From Candidatus Latescibacterota bacterium (GTDB taxonomy: Bacteria > Latescibacterota > UBA2968 > UBA8231): a stretch of DNA of 64,000 nt. Of this stretch, positions 1 through 11,742 are shown piece after piece. The notes under the pieces were generated by a model. The model saw only the letters and a list, made by a program, of their open reading frames with translations, was not told the DNA's origin and did no database searches. How positions within the stretch are numbered: the stretch's first letter is position 1; every line of letters starts with the position of its first letter. The DNA is taken from assembly GCA_965197905.1 (NCBI GenBank), contig CBDAOB010000005.1, positions 192,001 through 256,000 on the forward strand, given 5' to 3'. Both the position numbers and the translations under genes were made by a program.

Positions 1-1
1 G

Positions 2-2317
2 GGCCGCGTGTGGGTCGGCACGGACGGTGGCGGTGTGAGCATTTTCGATGGCAAGACGTGGACGACGTACACGGAGAAAGACGGCGTGGCACACGGGGAA
101 GTTGAAGCGATCCTTCAGGATCGGGAGGGCGCCCTCTGGTTCGGCACCGACGGTGGGGGTGTCAACCATTTCGACGGTGAGGACTGGACTACATACACGA
201 CAGCTGATGGCTTGGCGCACAACGAAGTGAAAGCGATCCTGCAGGATTGGGATGGAACGATGTGGTTCGGCACGCAAGGTAAAGGAGTGAGCCGGTATGA
301 CGGCGAGACATGGACCCACCTGACCGCGGACGACGGTTTGGCGCACGACGACGTACGGGACATCTATCAGGACACGGAGGGCGTTCTCTGGTTTGCCACG
401 CGCCGTGGTGTGAGCCGTTTCGACGGTGAGCGCTGGACCACCTACACCGTCGCTGACGGACTGGCGCACGACGAAGTCGAGCAGATACTGCAAGACCGGA
501 ACGGCCACTTCTGGTTTACCACCGACGGCGGCGGAGTCAGCCACTTCGACGGTGAGCTATGGGCCACCACGACATCCAAGGAGGGCCTGGCAGGTGGAGC
601 AGTAAAGGGGATACTGCAGGATAGCAACGGCTTTTTCTGGTTCTCCACTGACAGCGGCGTGACTCGCTTGCCGTCTCCGGAGAGTACCGAACCCCAGGTA
701 TTCATCGATGCGGTCATCGCCGACGAACGTCACGAAGGAGTGTCCAGGCTTTCGGTACCGGCAGGCTCGGGAATTGTCGCCTTCGAGTTTCATGGAGTAA
801 GCCGCAGGGGCAACCAGAAAGGGATGAGGTACAAGCACCGGCTGCGGGGCTACGACGACCGATGGCAGATCGCCTCCAACAGACGTGCAGAATATCCCAG
901 GCTCCAGCGGGGAGCGTACACATTTGAAGTGATCGCCGTCGACCGCAATCTAGCCCAATCCGCGGCGGCCGTCGTGGCCCTCGACGTGCATCTGCCAGGT
1001 GTGTGGGTTGGCGGCTTCATCGCTCTGGGCTTTCTGGGTCTAGTCATCGCTGTACAGACAGCGCGTGTATTTCGCAGAGAGAGCACGCTGCAAACACTCC
1101 ACGTGGAATTGCAGGAATCTCACGATGAACTAGAACACAGGGTCGAGGAGCGAACTGCCGAGCTACAAAATGAGATCACCGAGCGCAAGCGTATGGAGCA
1201 GGAGCTGATCAGACTGGAGCGCATGCGCGTGCGCGGTGAGATGGTCCAAGGTATCAACCACAACCTCAACAACCTGCTCTGTGCCGTGCTCCTGCCGGCG
1301 CAACTGCTCAAGGACAACCTGGAAGATCCACGAGACCGCCAACGGGCAGAGCTGATTGAGACCGCGGCGGAAAAAGCTGCGGAACTGGTGCGGCGTCTCA
1401 ATCGTGCCGCAAAAGGGCAAGATGAGAAACCGGAGTCTGTAGCCCTTTCTTCTCGGGTTATGGAGGCCGTGGAGAGCACTCGATCGCGATGGCAAACCGA
1501 ACCAGAGGGCCGCGGGATCGCCATTGACCTGGTCACCAAGCTGGAGGATGTACCCCCTATTCGTGGCACGGCCTCGGAAGTGAACGACATACTCGTCAAT
1601 CTGATCTTCAACGCCGTCGATGCGATGCCTGAAGGGGGCACGATCACCATTGGCACCCGAGCGATGGGAGATCAAGTGCACCTCTTTGTGAGCGATACCG
1701 GTATCGGTATGGATGAGGAGACGCAAAGACGCATCTTTGAACCGTTGTTCACCACCAAGTTCGATACCGGCAGCGGCTTGGGCCTCTACTCGGTCCATAC
1801 GGCGGTGAGTAACTGGGGCGGCGATATCACGGTGAATAGCACGCTCGGCAACGGCACGACGTTCACGCTGCGGTTGCCTAGGTGGCGAGAGACGCGGGCA
1901 GTTCAGGACAATGACAAAGAAGAGGGAACAACGACGACGACGGTGAAAATGCTACTGGTCGAGGACGACGAGACGACGGCGCAGACCCTGGCGGATTATC
2001 TGTCCGCCACCTACGACGTGGAGACCATAACGGATGGGCAGACGGTGGTGGAGGCTTTTACCGCGGGACGCTATGAGGTAGCCCTGATCGATCTGGGGAT
2101 ACCAGGGATTCCCGGGGATCAGGTGGCGCAGCAGATGCGCGAGGTAGATCCTGCGATCGCGACCGTCTTGATCACCGGGTTTGACCTGGCCGAGGACGAT
2201 CGGCGCTTAGCGGTGTTTGATTTGTGGTATAAGAAACCGCTGTCGGTGAAGCAGCTAGACGAGATGATGGAGCAGGCGGTCTCGCTCCACCAAAGCCGAA
2301 TGAAAGGGAATAGTTGA
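2..2317 (+). CDS. Hybrid sensor histidine kinase/response regulator with two-component-regulator beta-propeller repeats and Y_Y_Y domain (5' end outside window)
   Basis: Repeats [22 protein letters not shown]; YxYxL..Y.FEV (Y_Y_Y); one TM helix; H-box INHNLNN; N/G1/F/G2 boxes (NAVDAM, DTGIG, FTTK, GSGLGL); receiver LLVEDD..D..KP. Frame is open from position 2. Confidence 0.9.
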   Translation, partial: GRVWVGTDGGGVSIFDGKTWTTYTEKDGVAHGEVEAILQDREGALWFGTDGGGVNHFDGEDWTTYTTADGLAHNEVKAILQDWDGTMWFGTQGKGVSRYDGETWTHLTADDGLAHDDVRDIYQDTEGVLWFATRRGVSRFDGERWTTYTVADGLAHDEVEQILQDRNGHFWFTTDGGGVSHFDGELWATTTSKEGLAGGAVKGILQDSNGFFWFSTDSGVTRLPSPESTEPQVFIDAVIADERHEGVSRLSVPAGSGIVAFEFHGVSRRGNQKGMRYKHRLRGYDDRWQIASNRRAEYPRLQRGAYTFEVIAVDRNLAQSAAAVVALDVHLPGVWVGGFIALGFLGLVIAVQTARVFRRESTLQTLHVELQESHDELEHRVEERTAELQNEITERKRMEQELIRLERMRVRGEMVQGINHNLNNLLCAVLLPAQLLKDNLEDPRDRQRAELIETAAEKAAELVRRLNRAAKGQDEKPESVALSSRVMEAVESTRSRWQTEPEGRGIAIDLVTKLEDVPPIRGTASEVNDILVNLIFNAVDAMPEGGTITIGTRAMGDQVHLFVSDTGIGMDEETQRRIFEPLFTTKFDTGSGLGLYSVHTAVSNWGGDITVNSTLGNGTTFTLRLPRWRETRAVQDNDKEEGTTTTTVKMLLVEDDETTAQTLADYLSATYDVETITDGQTVVEAFTAGRYEVALIDLGIPGIPGDQVAQQMREVDPAIATVLITGFDLAEDDRRLAVFDLWYKKPLSVKQLDEMMEQAVSLHQSRMKGNS

Positions 2318-2529
2318 GTTGCTAATACGGCGGAATCATCTACTCAACTCCCGCTGGCGACTCATGCGGAGATATGTTCACTTCGAAAGGGAGACCGTCG
2401 ATACCACCCGCTAGGGAGAAGGGTTTGTCGCCCGCTGTGTCCCGCTAATTCATCGCCCCTGCTGGAAGGGCCGCTACATCCCAGGGATGCCGGGCGAAGA
2501 AGTATCGAATCCGCAGAGACAGCACGCCT

Positions 2530-3597
2530 TCAACCACCGCAGGCTGGATCTAGGCCAAGGCCCGCCAACACCCGATCCCAGTCGAACGCGCCGACGCCCT
2601 TATCTCGATGTGTGGCGTAAAAGGCACCCCCGCTGAACCTGTCGAACGATCGCTGTGTCAGCGCGACGCCGTCGGTTTCAGCAGTGACCTGCCCTGCAAA
2701 CGCGCCGACGTAGGTGAAGTCCTCGCGGCGGAACACCAAGAAGCGGCTGTCGGTGGAAGCCTGGTCGGCCACGACCCAGTAGCCGCCTCCGTCGGGGCAG
2801 CGGTGCAGAGCGATACCTTCGGGCTCGTGCATGATGATCCCAGCGCCCGCGCGCTTCCTGAAGCGGCCATCCGTACCGTAGATCTTCAGCACCCGTTCCT
2901 GTTCTGCGGCGATTACGAGCCATTGCCGCAACGGGTCGACAGCTATTGACTCGACTCTGCGCAGACAACCGTCCCCCAGGGTATCGCCAAACGCCTCACC
3001 CACTGACGCATGTACGCGTTGACCGTCGAGGAACAGCGTGAAAGAACGCACGCGCGCACCCAGCTTGCTCTTGGGAGGTAAGGCTCCCGAATCAGTCAGA
3101 TAGTTGTCGGTAACGTAGACCTTGTACGAACTGTCCGCCGTGTCGGCAGCCAATGCGATGCCGTACGGCCGACGAAGCACATCAGCACCGAATTCGCCGG
3201 CAGGAGAAAAGTCAGGCAGCGCAAAAGCCTGGACGCGATGGTTGTCCCGTTCAACAACCAGAAGCATGTTTTCGACGACGGCCACTCCATTAGGTCGCAT
3301 CAGGCGTCCAGACCCGGTGCCGGCCCCGCCGACGCGCCGCAACAGGCGACCATCACCAGCATCATACACAACAAGCTGATGTGTGCTCTTTGCCGTGGCG
3401 ATTATCCAATGTTGACCAGCGGAGCCATGCCAGACCGCAGGGGAATCGATGTTGTCTTCCTCCGACCATTCCGAAACCCAACTCTCCTCGAGCACTGTCG
3501 GGGTTTCAGACAGGCCCGCTCTGAATGGAAAGCATCCCGATAGAATTAGAATCAGCACCGCGGCACTCCAGGATCCGTAGAATTCGCGCAGTCCCAT
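2530..3597 (-). CDS. Beta-propeller phytase (3-phytase), probable lipoprotein
   Basis: Lipobox LSGC; DSPAVW, TAKS..LVVYD, PNGVAV, EPEGIAL and ETDGV motifs; directly downstream of a TonB receptor, the usual phytase context. Confidence 0.75.
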   Translation of the reverse strand: MGLREFYGSWSAAVLILILSGCFPFRAGLSETPTVLEESWVSEWSEEDNIDSPAVWHGSAGQHWIIATAKSTHQLVVYDAGDGRLLRRVGGAGTGSGRLMRPNGVAVVENMLLVVERDNHRVQAFALPDFSPAGEFGADVLRRPYGIALAADTADSSYKVYVTDNYLTDSGALPPKSKLGARVRSFTLFLDGQRVHASVGEAFGDTLGDGCLRRVESIAVDPLRQWLVIAAEQERVLKIYGTDGRFRKRAGAGIIMHEPEGIALHRCPDGGGYWVVADQASTDSRFLVFRREDFTYVGAFAGQVTAETDGVALTQRSFDRFSGGAFYATHRDKGVGAFDWDRVLAGLGLDPACGG

Positions 3598-3612
3598 GCT
3601 TCGGAGCTACTC

Positions 3613-6439
3613 CTACAGGTCGAATTTCAGGCCGAGGCTGAACCGCCTGTCGTAGTACTCGGCCTGCAAGGTCCGTTCGTCGATACCCTGGTACAGACGA
3701 AGGGGCTGGTTGGTTAGATTGTTGAACTCGAGGAACAGGCGGACCTGCCCCGTCAGGCGCACCGAGCCGTTTAGATCTACGTGCGTGGCAGAGTCGAAGT
3801 AGCGATCGGTGAAGGGTTCATCGCTGAACTCACCCGCTCCGGCGTCGATGTGGGAGCTGGTGTAATTGACCGACAGCCGCCCCGAGACGCGGCTACTCTC
3901 GTATGACAGCGATCCGTTGAAGGAGTGTTTGACAGTTCCCGGTAACGGCAGCGTATCGTTCTCGCGACCTTCGATCGGCAACTCATCGATCTCGGAGTCG
4001 ATATATGTGTAGTTGGTGTACACACCCACTGGCCGCAGTGCCGGCACGAAATCGAGCTGGCGATATAGAGCCAACTCGACGCCTCGAAGTGACGCGCCCT
4101 TGCCGTTGCGCGGCTGTACGTACTGATCGAACGTCTGCCCAGTTACGGGGTCTGGGTAATCCTCTTCGAGAAAGAAAAAGATGAAGTCGTTGATGCTCTT
4201 GGCGAACACCCCTGCTGAAACGAGTCCTACCGACTCAAGGTAGCGCTCGCCCACGACGTCGAAGTTCATCGAGGTGGTCGGGTCGAGAGTGGGGTTGCCC
4301 TCGGCCAGCTCGGCATCTTCGATGATGATTTCACGGTAGGGCACGAGGTCGTAGTAGTTGGGGCGCGCGAGTGGGGCGCGCGAGCGTATTCGTCCATGCG
4401 AAGCGCAGGACGGTGGTTGGGTCGAACTGGTAACGCGCATGCACTCCAGGCAACACGTGGGTGTACGATTCTTTACCGGCGACCGGTGTAATTGTGAACT
4501 CCTCGTCAGCATCCGGGTCGATATAGAGCTCGTTGCCGGTGTAATTGATGCTGGTTGCCTCGAGGCGGGTCCCCAGGATGAAGCTCCAGTTCGCACCGTA
4601 GTCCTGCTCAAGCATCACGTACCCGCCTCTCACTGTCTCAGTGGCCTCATAGTTGCCAGGCACGTATTCGTCTAGCTTGTCTTCCGCTTCGAACTGCGCG
4701 GGATCGGTCAGATCCAAGTCGCCGAGAAACTGGTCGGTGGGGAAAAAGCCGGCTTCGTAATCGCCTGCGAGAAAGTCGGAATCCGTCACATCCTTGGTGG
4801 GTATTTCGGCAAGAGACGCAATGGCCTCTTCGTCTAGCGGCGAGTACTCGAAGAAGCGATTATCTCGCATCTTGTCTTTGCCGCGGTATCGCAGGCCAAC
4901 GACGACGCGGTTACTGTGGGGACCTGAGAACCACGGAATCTCGATGTCGATGCGGCCGTTGCGGTCGGTCTCTTCGGTGAGCTGGTGCTCCTGTGTGAGC
5001 TCGTTGAGCTCGAATTCGCCCACGGAGACCTCGCCCGGTTCCAGGAATGTGAACGTCGGCTTTTCTGGATCGGAGAGATCGGCGCGCATGCCAATGCCCA
5101 CGTCTCCGTCGTCACCATCGCGCTCTACGACGTACTCTATGTGGCGCTCGACGGGCCGCTCCTCCGAAGCCTTCGAGTAGGACGCCGTCCAGCGTACCTC
5201 GACGTCTCGGCCAAGCTGGTGAAAACCACCCAGTGTGGTGCTCGAGGCTCGCTGGTCTTCGAGGCGGCCGCCGTCGTTGGCGCTGCTGCCACCCTTTACA
5301 TCGCGCACCACTTCCCAGCTCTGCGTCTGACCCCCTGCAGGTAAACCCAGGTCCTTGATCTTCAGGCGGTAGCGATTCTCGAAGTCGTCCCGGTGGTTCC
5401 ATATGGAGCGCAGGGAGAGAGAGTTGCGATCGTCGAGCTCGAAATCAACGGAGCCGCTGATGCTCCTGCGAATACGGTGGATGTCGTAGTCGCGGATCTG
5501 CATTTCTTCGACGAAAGCCTGCCCATCCTCCTCGCCCCATTCCGGCTCGATGTTGTCGGAGCCGAGGTGATGATTGTGGTAGGAGGCGCTGACCAGTAGA
5601 CCCAGCCTGCCATCGAGATAGCGATCTCCCGCCACTAACGAGCTGATGCCGAGAGGCTTCCCAGACAGGAAGTTGTAGCCGCTGCCCAGCGTACCGGAGA
5701 GGCGCAGCCCCTCGGGGGCTGACCGAGTCACCAGATTGACCGACCCCCCGATGGCATCGGCGTCCATGTCCGGTGTAAGTGTCTTGTTGACCTCCACCGC
5801 CTGAACCATGTCGGCAGGAATCAGGTCGAGCTGCACCGCGCGGATCTCACCTTCCGCTGAAGGCAGCCGCTCGCCGTTGAGCATCACCGAATTCATGCGC
5901 GCCTCGGTGCCGCGGATCATCCCGAAGCGAGGTTCGCCCTGATCGTAATCGACGACGATGCCGGGGATGCGCTTCATGGCGTCGCCGACGTTGGCGTCCG
6001 GAAAACGGCCGATCTGATCGGCGGCGACGATGTTGGTGATATGAGTGTTGGCTCGCTGCTGATTGATGGCTCTTGCCTGGCCTTGCAGCCGTTGGCCGAT
6101 CACGAGAATCTCGTCGGCGATGATGACCCCGGTTTCAAGGGCAAAGTCGAGGATCGTCACGCGTTCTCCGGCAAGGCTCGCCGCGGCCGACGCCGACTGG
6201 TATCCGATGTAGGTCACGGTGACGGTGTGTGAGCCAGCGGGAATCCCGCTCAGGCGGTAGTTACCGTCGCGGTCGCTCACCGTTGCCAAGGGAGCTCTAT
6301 CGATGACGACAATGGCCCCCGCCAGGGGTATCCCGGCCAGCTTGTCGGTGACGCGACCCGCGATCGAGGCAGAGTAACATGTGGATACAGCCACCAGGAT
6401 CACAATACTGATGGCGCCGGTGCATGAACAGTAACGCAT
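3613..6439 (-). pseudogene. TonB-dependent receptor (phytase-associated type), frameshifted by a 13-bp duplication
   Basis: N-terminal part (carboxypeptidase-regulatory-like domain, plug ADQIGRFPDANV..RIPG, DADAIGG) is in ORF 4331..6586; C-terminal barrel ending LGLKFDL is in ORF 3613..4611. The two join as TLARP/NYYDL if one repeat unit at 4359-4384 is removed. Likely start ATG 6439. Confidence 0.85.
4359..4384. repeat. Exact tandem duplication of 13 bp (TGGGGCGCGCGAG x2)
   Basis: Read directly: 4359-4371 and 4372-4384 are identical. Confidence 0.95.
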
Positions 6440-6619
6440 CGCTGACCCCATTACGTAGAACTTCGGTTGTCGTTCTGGTTGTGTGTCAAGGATACCAAAC
6501 AGCGATGAGGATTGTAACCTCTTGACGCACCGAGCGCCAGAGCAATTATGCGTCCTCCTGGTCGAGCAATCCGGCGCCGTTTTCAAGCAACTCCATCAGC
6601 GTCGCCGCAGCAGACTAGG

Positions 6620-7020
6620 GCGGACACATATTGTGCCCTCGGGGAACGGATCGAGCAACTCGGGGATCCGCTGTTGGCCTACGACGCAATTCGAGACGGA
6701 ACCGAGCGCCACCCTCGCGAGTTGCGCCTGCGGCAGCTACTGGCTCTAGCATTGGCCCGGAGTGGATCCGTTCTTCGTGCCAACTTGATCTTACAGAAGC
6801 GGGCACCCGAACCCGGCATCTCAACAAGCCTGCGAGATCTATCGCACCGCCTATGATGACGCTTCCAAGGCCGGCGATTTGGAGGCTGGTTGCTACAACG
6901 GAATCAACGCCGCCACAATGGCCCTCCTTCTTGGTCGCCTCGACCTGGCCAAACATCTTGCTCAGGCGGTAGTAGATCTTGTTGCGACCTACCTGAAGAC
7001 GAGTGGCGAAGACCTCTTGC
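6620..7020 (+). pseudogene. Remnant of a TPR-like DUF4071 (MAP3K TRAFs-binding) domain gene
   Basis: Frame A gives LGDPLLAYD..LRQLLALALARSGS..RAN; a second frame gives IYRTAY..YNGINAATMALLLG..AKHLAQAV. The middle of the domain and any downstream catalytic domain are absent. Confidence 0.6.
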
Positions 7021-7102
7021 TGCCGTAGCCGTGACGTTTGCGCAACTCCACCTTGCCAATCGTCCCTGCAATTACGATCCTCGTGGCTACGGTGATATTG
7101 AG

Positions 7103-10100
7103 ATGAGTAGACTACGTTTCTTCCCGTCGCCCTTCGGCATCCAGTTTACTCTATCCATGGTGGTCTGTCTTACCTCCGCTATTGCAGATCAAGCCGCCGT
7201 AAACTTTCCGGATCGCTGGACCACGTTCACCACTGACGACGGCCTCGTACGCGATGAAATAAAATCCTTGTTCGAGGACCGTGAGGGCCAACTCTGGGTC
7301 GGTACCAACGGATCGGGGGTCAGCCGTTTCGATGGCCACACCTGGACAGGTTTTGCGTCGGCACACGGGCTGGCTGACGACGACGTCGAGGTCGTTCTCC
7401 AGGATCGCGAAGGTTTCATCTGGTTCGGTACCAAGGGCGGGGCCAGCCGCTTCGATGGCCGGCACTGGGAGACCTTTACCTCCGCCGATGGACTTGCCGA
7501 CGACGAGATCGAATGCGGGTTTCTGGACGTGGACGGCAGCATCTGGTTCGGCACGAAGAAAGGTGCCAGCAGGTTTGACGGGAGTGACTGGAGCCGCTCT
7601 CCCGGAAGACATCTTGCCGGCATGGAAGTGGACGTGATACTGCGGGGCCCGAACGACGACCTGTGGTTCGGTACAGGCAGCAACGGGATTCATCGCTTCG
7701 ACGATGGGAAGTGGACAAACTACACCGCGTCGGACGAGCTAACCTCGAACCAGATCCTCGATGCCCTGCTAGACCAGTCGGGCGATTTGTGGTTTGCCAC
7801 CGACGGTGGTGGACTCAACAGATTCGATGGATTCGAATGGTCGAGTCACACCGCGGCCGACGGCATGCCAGGCAATGCCGTGGAGGTCATGATGCTGGAT
7901 CGATCCGGCAACATCTGGATCGGCACCGACGGCGAAGAGTGGACCTCGTTCGACATGACCGACGGTCTCGCCTCCAACATCGTGGAGGACCTGCTGGAAG
8001 ATCGCCATGGCTACATCTGGTTCGGCACCGACGGCGGCGGCCTGAGTCGTTTCGAAGATAAGGATTGGTTCTCCTACACCACCGCCAACGGTCTCGGATT
8101 CAACAAGGTCAAGGACCTGCTGCAGGACGATGACGGGACCATGTGGTTCGCCACCGACGGCGGCGGCGTGAGTCACCTGGGACGCGACGGGTGGGCGACT
8201 CTTACCACCGCCGACGGCCTCACGCACAACGAAGTCGAAATGCTCATGCGGGACAGCCGTGGCCACTTCTGGTTCGGCACCGAGGGAGGCGGCGCCAGCA
8301 GATTTGACGGGGAGACCTGGACGACCTACTCCGAGGAACAGGGACTGTCCCATGACGAGGTCGAGTGGATAATCGAGGACCGAGAAGGCAACATGTACTT
8401 CGCCACCGACGGCGGCGGCATCTGCCGTTTCGACGGCCACGAGTTTACCAACTTTACCACGTCGGACGGTCTTGCCCACAACGAAGTGAAAGCCATGATC
8501 CAGGATCGCCACGGCCTGTTCTGGATCGCTACCGAAAATGGTGTCAGTCGTTTCGACGGCGAGAAATTTCTCGAAAACTTTACTGTCGATGACGGTCTCC
8601 TGCGCCATCGCATCGAGATTGTCTTCGAAGACGAGGCCGGCGGCATCTGGTGCGGTTCTCAGGGCGGACTCATGCAGTTCGACGGTGAGCGCTGGACGAC
8701 CTTCACTACTGCTGACGGTCTGATCAGCAACGAGGTAAGGGGCATCTACCAGGATCGCGAAGGCCATCTTTGGTTCGGCACCACCCTCGGCGCAAGCCGG
8801 TTCGACGGAGATACTTGGACCAGTTACACAACCGCGGACGGTTTGGTGAACAGCGGGGTGCGCAAGACCTATCAGGACCGGGACGGTCGCTTCTGGTTTG
8901 CCACCCTCAACGGGGTGAGCCGCTTCACGCCGCGCCCTTCCCCGTCACCACCGATCTCCGTAGATGCCGTGATCGTGGACCGCCGCTACGAGGGTGTAAC
9001 CGATCTCGAGATCGCCGACGACCAGGGTCTGGTGACCTTCGAATTCAGTTCGAGAACCGCGATGCCTGCTGCCCGCACCATCGGGTATCGCTATCGCCTG
9101 GTGGGCCTTGACGAAGACTGGCGGGGCACCCCTTCCGGTCGTGCGGAGTATCCGGATTTACCCCGCGGGACTTACACCTTTGAGGTCATAGCCGTAGACC
9201 GCGACCTGGTGCAATCGGTCGCCCCGGCAACCGTCGGCCTGCTCGTGCGCTTCAACTACCTGTCGATATCCGCCTGGAGTCTGCTTGTAGCAGGGTTGAT
9301 CGCCTTCCTGGTTCAGACCATTCGGGTGTTTCACCGCGAACGCTCTCTGCGAACATTGAACGATGAGTTGGAGCGTTCCCACGCGGATCTGGAGCATCTT
9401 GTAGAGGAACGCACCGCTGAACTGAGGTCCGTGAATGAACGACTTGAGAGCGAAATGTCGAACCGCAAACGGATGGAGGATGGCATGCGCCAGGCCCAGA
9501 AGATGGACGCCATCGGCCAGCTCGCCGCGGGAGTCGCTCACAACTTCAACAACATGCTCCAGATTATCACCGGTAACATCGAACTGGCCGAAGAGATAAC
9601 GGACGAGCAACCCGGCGGGCCCGGGACGGTGGCCTCCTATCTGAGCGAGGCGCGGAGGGCCACCGAACGCGCGGCCGACGTGGTCCGCCAGCTCATGCTG
9701 GTTGCCCGCAGCGACGAAGATTCCGCCGATCATGTGGCGGTCGACCTGCGCCAGGTGGTGGTCAACACTATTGCCCTTTGCCGCCGTACGTTCGACCGAA
9801 AGATCGATCTGCAACATCACTGGTCCGAAGTGCTGCTCTCTATCAACGGGGATGAAGGGAAATTGGAGCAGGTGCTGCTGAACATGTGCCTGAATTCGCG
9901 CGATGCTTTTGGCGGGGTCGAACACAACGAGTGGCGCGTCGTTGTGGGGCTGGAGACTCTAATTCTCGCCCGTGATCAGTTGCCGGGATACCCGGACATC
10001 GAACCCGGCACCTACGGCTGCCTCCGCGTCGAGGATAACGGGATGGGAATGGACGAGGAAACGCGGGAGCGAATCTTCGAGCCGTTTTTCACTACCAAGG

Positions 10101-10633
10101 AGATTGGTCGTGGGACCGGATTGGGATTGTCGAACGCCTATGGCATCGTGCGGGAACACGGAGGCTGGATAGAATGCGAGAGCGACGTCGGGGTCGGCAC
10201 AGCGTTTTCAGTATATCTGCCGGCGGTTGCCCACCAGGGAGAACTGTCTCCCTCAACCGCCATTCATCCTTCGGTTGGCGGGGAGGAAAAAATCATGGTG
10301 GTCGACGACGAAATGGCGATTCGCACCATCGTGGCGCAGCACCTGGTCGAATTCGGCTACGACGTAAGTGAGGCGGAGGACGGGTTCCAGTGCCTGGCGC
10401 AACTACGGCAAAAGACGGTTGATCTGGTATTGCTCGACCTCTCCATGCCCGGATTGTGTGGAATTGACGTCCTGGCGATCTTGCGTTCAGACTACCCGGA
10501 GGTGCTGGTGATTCTTTTCACCGGCTATGCCGCGAAACTTCAGGACGGCGCCGGTGCCGACGATGTGGTGCAGAAACCTGTGAATATGCAGGAACTGGTC
10601 AGTAGAGTGCGTGCCGTGCTCGACGGCTCCTGA
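7103..10633 (+). CDS. Hybrid sensor histidine kinase/response regulator with beta-propeller repeats and Y_Y_Y domain
   Basis: Signal-like N-terminus from ATG 7103; many Reg_prop repeats; TM helix; [20 protein letters not shown]-box; [16 protein letters not shown]; receiver VVDDE..LLDLSMP..KP. Confidence 0.92.
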   Translation: MSRLRFFPSPFGIQFTLSMVVCLTSAIADQAAVNFPDRWTTFTTDDGLVRDEIKSLFEDREGQLWVGTNGSGVSRFDGHTWTGFASAHGLADDDVEVVLQDREGFIWFGTKGGASRFDGRHWETFTSADGLADDEIECGFLDVDGSIWFGTKKGASRFDGSDWSRSPGRHLAGMEVDVILRGPNDDLWFGTGSNGIHRFDDGKWTNYTASDELTSNQILDALLDQSGDLWFATDGGGLNRFDGFEWSSHTAADGMPGNAVEVMMLDRSGNIWIGTDGEEWTSFDMTDGLASNIVEDLLEDRHGYIWFGTDGGGLSRFEDKDWFSYTTANGLGFNKVKDLLQDDDGTMWFATDGGGVSHLGRDGWATLTTADGLTHNEVEMLMRDSRGHFWFGTEGGGASRFDGETWTTYSEEQGLSHDEVEWIIEDREGNMYFATDGGGICRFDGHEFTNFTTSDGLAHNEVKAMIQDRHGLFWIATENGVSRFDGEKFLENFTVDDGLLRHRIEIVFEDEAGGIWCGSQGGLMQFDGERWTTFTTADGLISNEVRGIYQDREGHLWFGTTLGASRFDGDTWTSYTTADGLVNSGVRKTYQDRDGRFWFATLNGVSRFTPRPSPSPPISVDAVIVDRRYEGVTDLEIADDQGLVTFEFSSRTAMPAARTIGYRYRLVGLDEDWRGTPSGRAEYPDLPRGTYTFEVIAVDRDLVQSVAPATVGLLVRFNYLSISAWSLLVAGLIAFLVQTIRVFHRERSLRTLNDELERSHADLEHLVEERTAELRSVNERLESEMSNRKRMEDGMRQAQKMDAIGQLAAGVAHNFNNMLQIITGNIELAEEITDEQPGGPGTVASYLSEARRATERAADVVRQLMLVARSDEDSADHVAVDLRQVVVNTIALCRRTFDRKIDLQHHWSEVLLSINGDEGKLEQVLLNMCLNSRDAFGGVEHNEWRVVVGLETLILARDQLPGYPDIEPGTYGCLRVEDNGMGMDEETRERIFEPFFTTKEIGRGTGLGLSNAYGIVREHGGWIECESDVGVGTAFSVYLPAVAHQGELSPSTAIHPSVGGEEKIMVVDDEMAIRTIVAQHLVEFGYDVSEAEDGFQCLAQLRQKTVDLVLLDLSMPGLCGIDVLAILRSDYPEVLVILFTGYAAKLQDGAGADDVVQKPVNMQELVSRVRAVLDGS

Positions 10634-10699
10634 CGGGTCGCCACTTATTTTAGCCCCACATTCGGCGAACACCTCCATCTGCACGACTGAACGCTCCCG

Positions 10700-11181
10700 T
10701 CTTAAGGTCCACCAGCCTCGGCGCGGTCTCCGCCAGGGCTTCGAGGTCGTAGGTGCGCCATAGGTATCCGCTGGCGTAGGTCGGCACGCGCCGCCGATAG
10801 CCACCCAGCAGCTTCCACACCGGCTGTCCCAATGCCTTACCCTTGATGTCCCAGAGCGCAACGTCGATCGCAGACACCGAGCGTGTCACCAGTCCGGCGG
10901 GCGCGCCTCCACCCCCGGCGGCGAGAAGTCGCTGCTGGATGGACTCGACCATCATCGGGTCCCTCGCCAACGGTCAGTCCCGCAAGAGCGTCAACGGTCT
11001 CCTTCAGAGCCTTGACGACCATGTTGCTGGCGAATCCGGCGTACCCGATCCCTTCAATCCCATCGTCTGTGTGCATCTTAAGGGTGACAAACGTCGCGAC
11101 GTTGTCGCCCGGCCTGCCACCCAACGACCCTTCGGCTCTGGGAACGCTGACAACCCTGGTATCAAATCCCGCAATTTTCAT
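10700..11181 (-). pseudogene. Mandelate racemase/muconate lactonizing enzyme (enolase superfamily), N-terminal fragment, frameshifted and truncated
   Basis: MKIAGFDT..TDDGIEGIGY then, after a frameshift near 10960, SAIDVALWDIKGKALGQPVWKLLGG..VPTYAS. Similarity ends near 10710 and there is no catalytic barrel. Confidence 0.85.
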
Positions 11182-11325
11182 TGTCGCTCCTCGTGCGCAC
11201 TGTTGGAGTGCCCCAGCACTGGCGAGGTCAGACCCAGTGCCTCTGCTGCCTGGACCCAAACGAATATCTGCCCCGCTAACCGCCTGGATTGTCGAGCTTT
11301 CCCGGAGGGCTGCTGATTTTTTTCC

Positions 11326-11504
11326 TCATCCAAACGCCCTGCTCGTCAGGAACTTCCGCCGCTCTTTCTCCGGCATCTTCAGGAACTCCTGCAACACAAT
11401 CCGCATTACCCGGGAGCGGCTGTACTGTCCCACAGTCAGCTGATCTGTGCCCCCACCTCTTCTTGGGTCAAGCGCACCGTGACCATTATCTCTTTGTTGT
11501 CCAT
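11326..11504 (-). pseudogene. Small ribbon-helix-helix (CopG-like) protein, frameshifted
   Basis: AAGGAG RBS, then MDNKEIMVTVRLTQEEVGA; a shifted frame continues DQLTVGQYSRSRVMRIVLQEFLKMPEKERRKFL. This gives the beta-helix-SRS-helix pattern. Not in the ORF track. Confidence 0.55.
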
Positions 11505-11742
11505 AGAATAGCTCCTTGATTCGGCTCGACCCAGGGAATTTGTGGAGCCGAAGGCGGGCGTTCTTAAAGGGTGTCTACACAGGCCCTCCTAAGTGCTTGA
11601 TTCCGTTACTTGATTCACTCCTGCGGCAAAGTACTCTTCGATCCTGCCGACCTTGAAGAACTCAAACGCGCACACAAATCCGTCCGCAACGCGCAATGAA
11701 AGACGACGATTGGGGCCTTTATCAATTCTTCGGTACACCAAC

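Noticed and set aside
6890..7102. Extended N-terminus of the second hybrid kinase
   Set aside because: It overlaps the DUF4071 remnant; ATG 7103 precedes the signal-like segment.
1..8930. Recurrent ~130-bp DNA repeats that might suggest a CRISPR array
   Set aside because: They are degenerate in-frame beta-propeller coding repeats with no unique spacers, and no cas genes are present.
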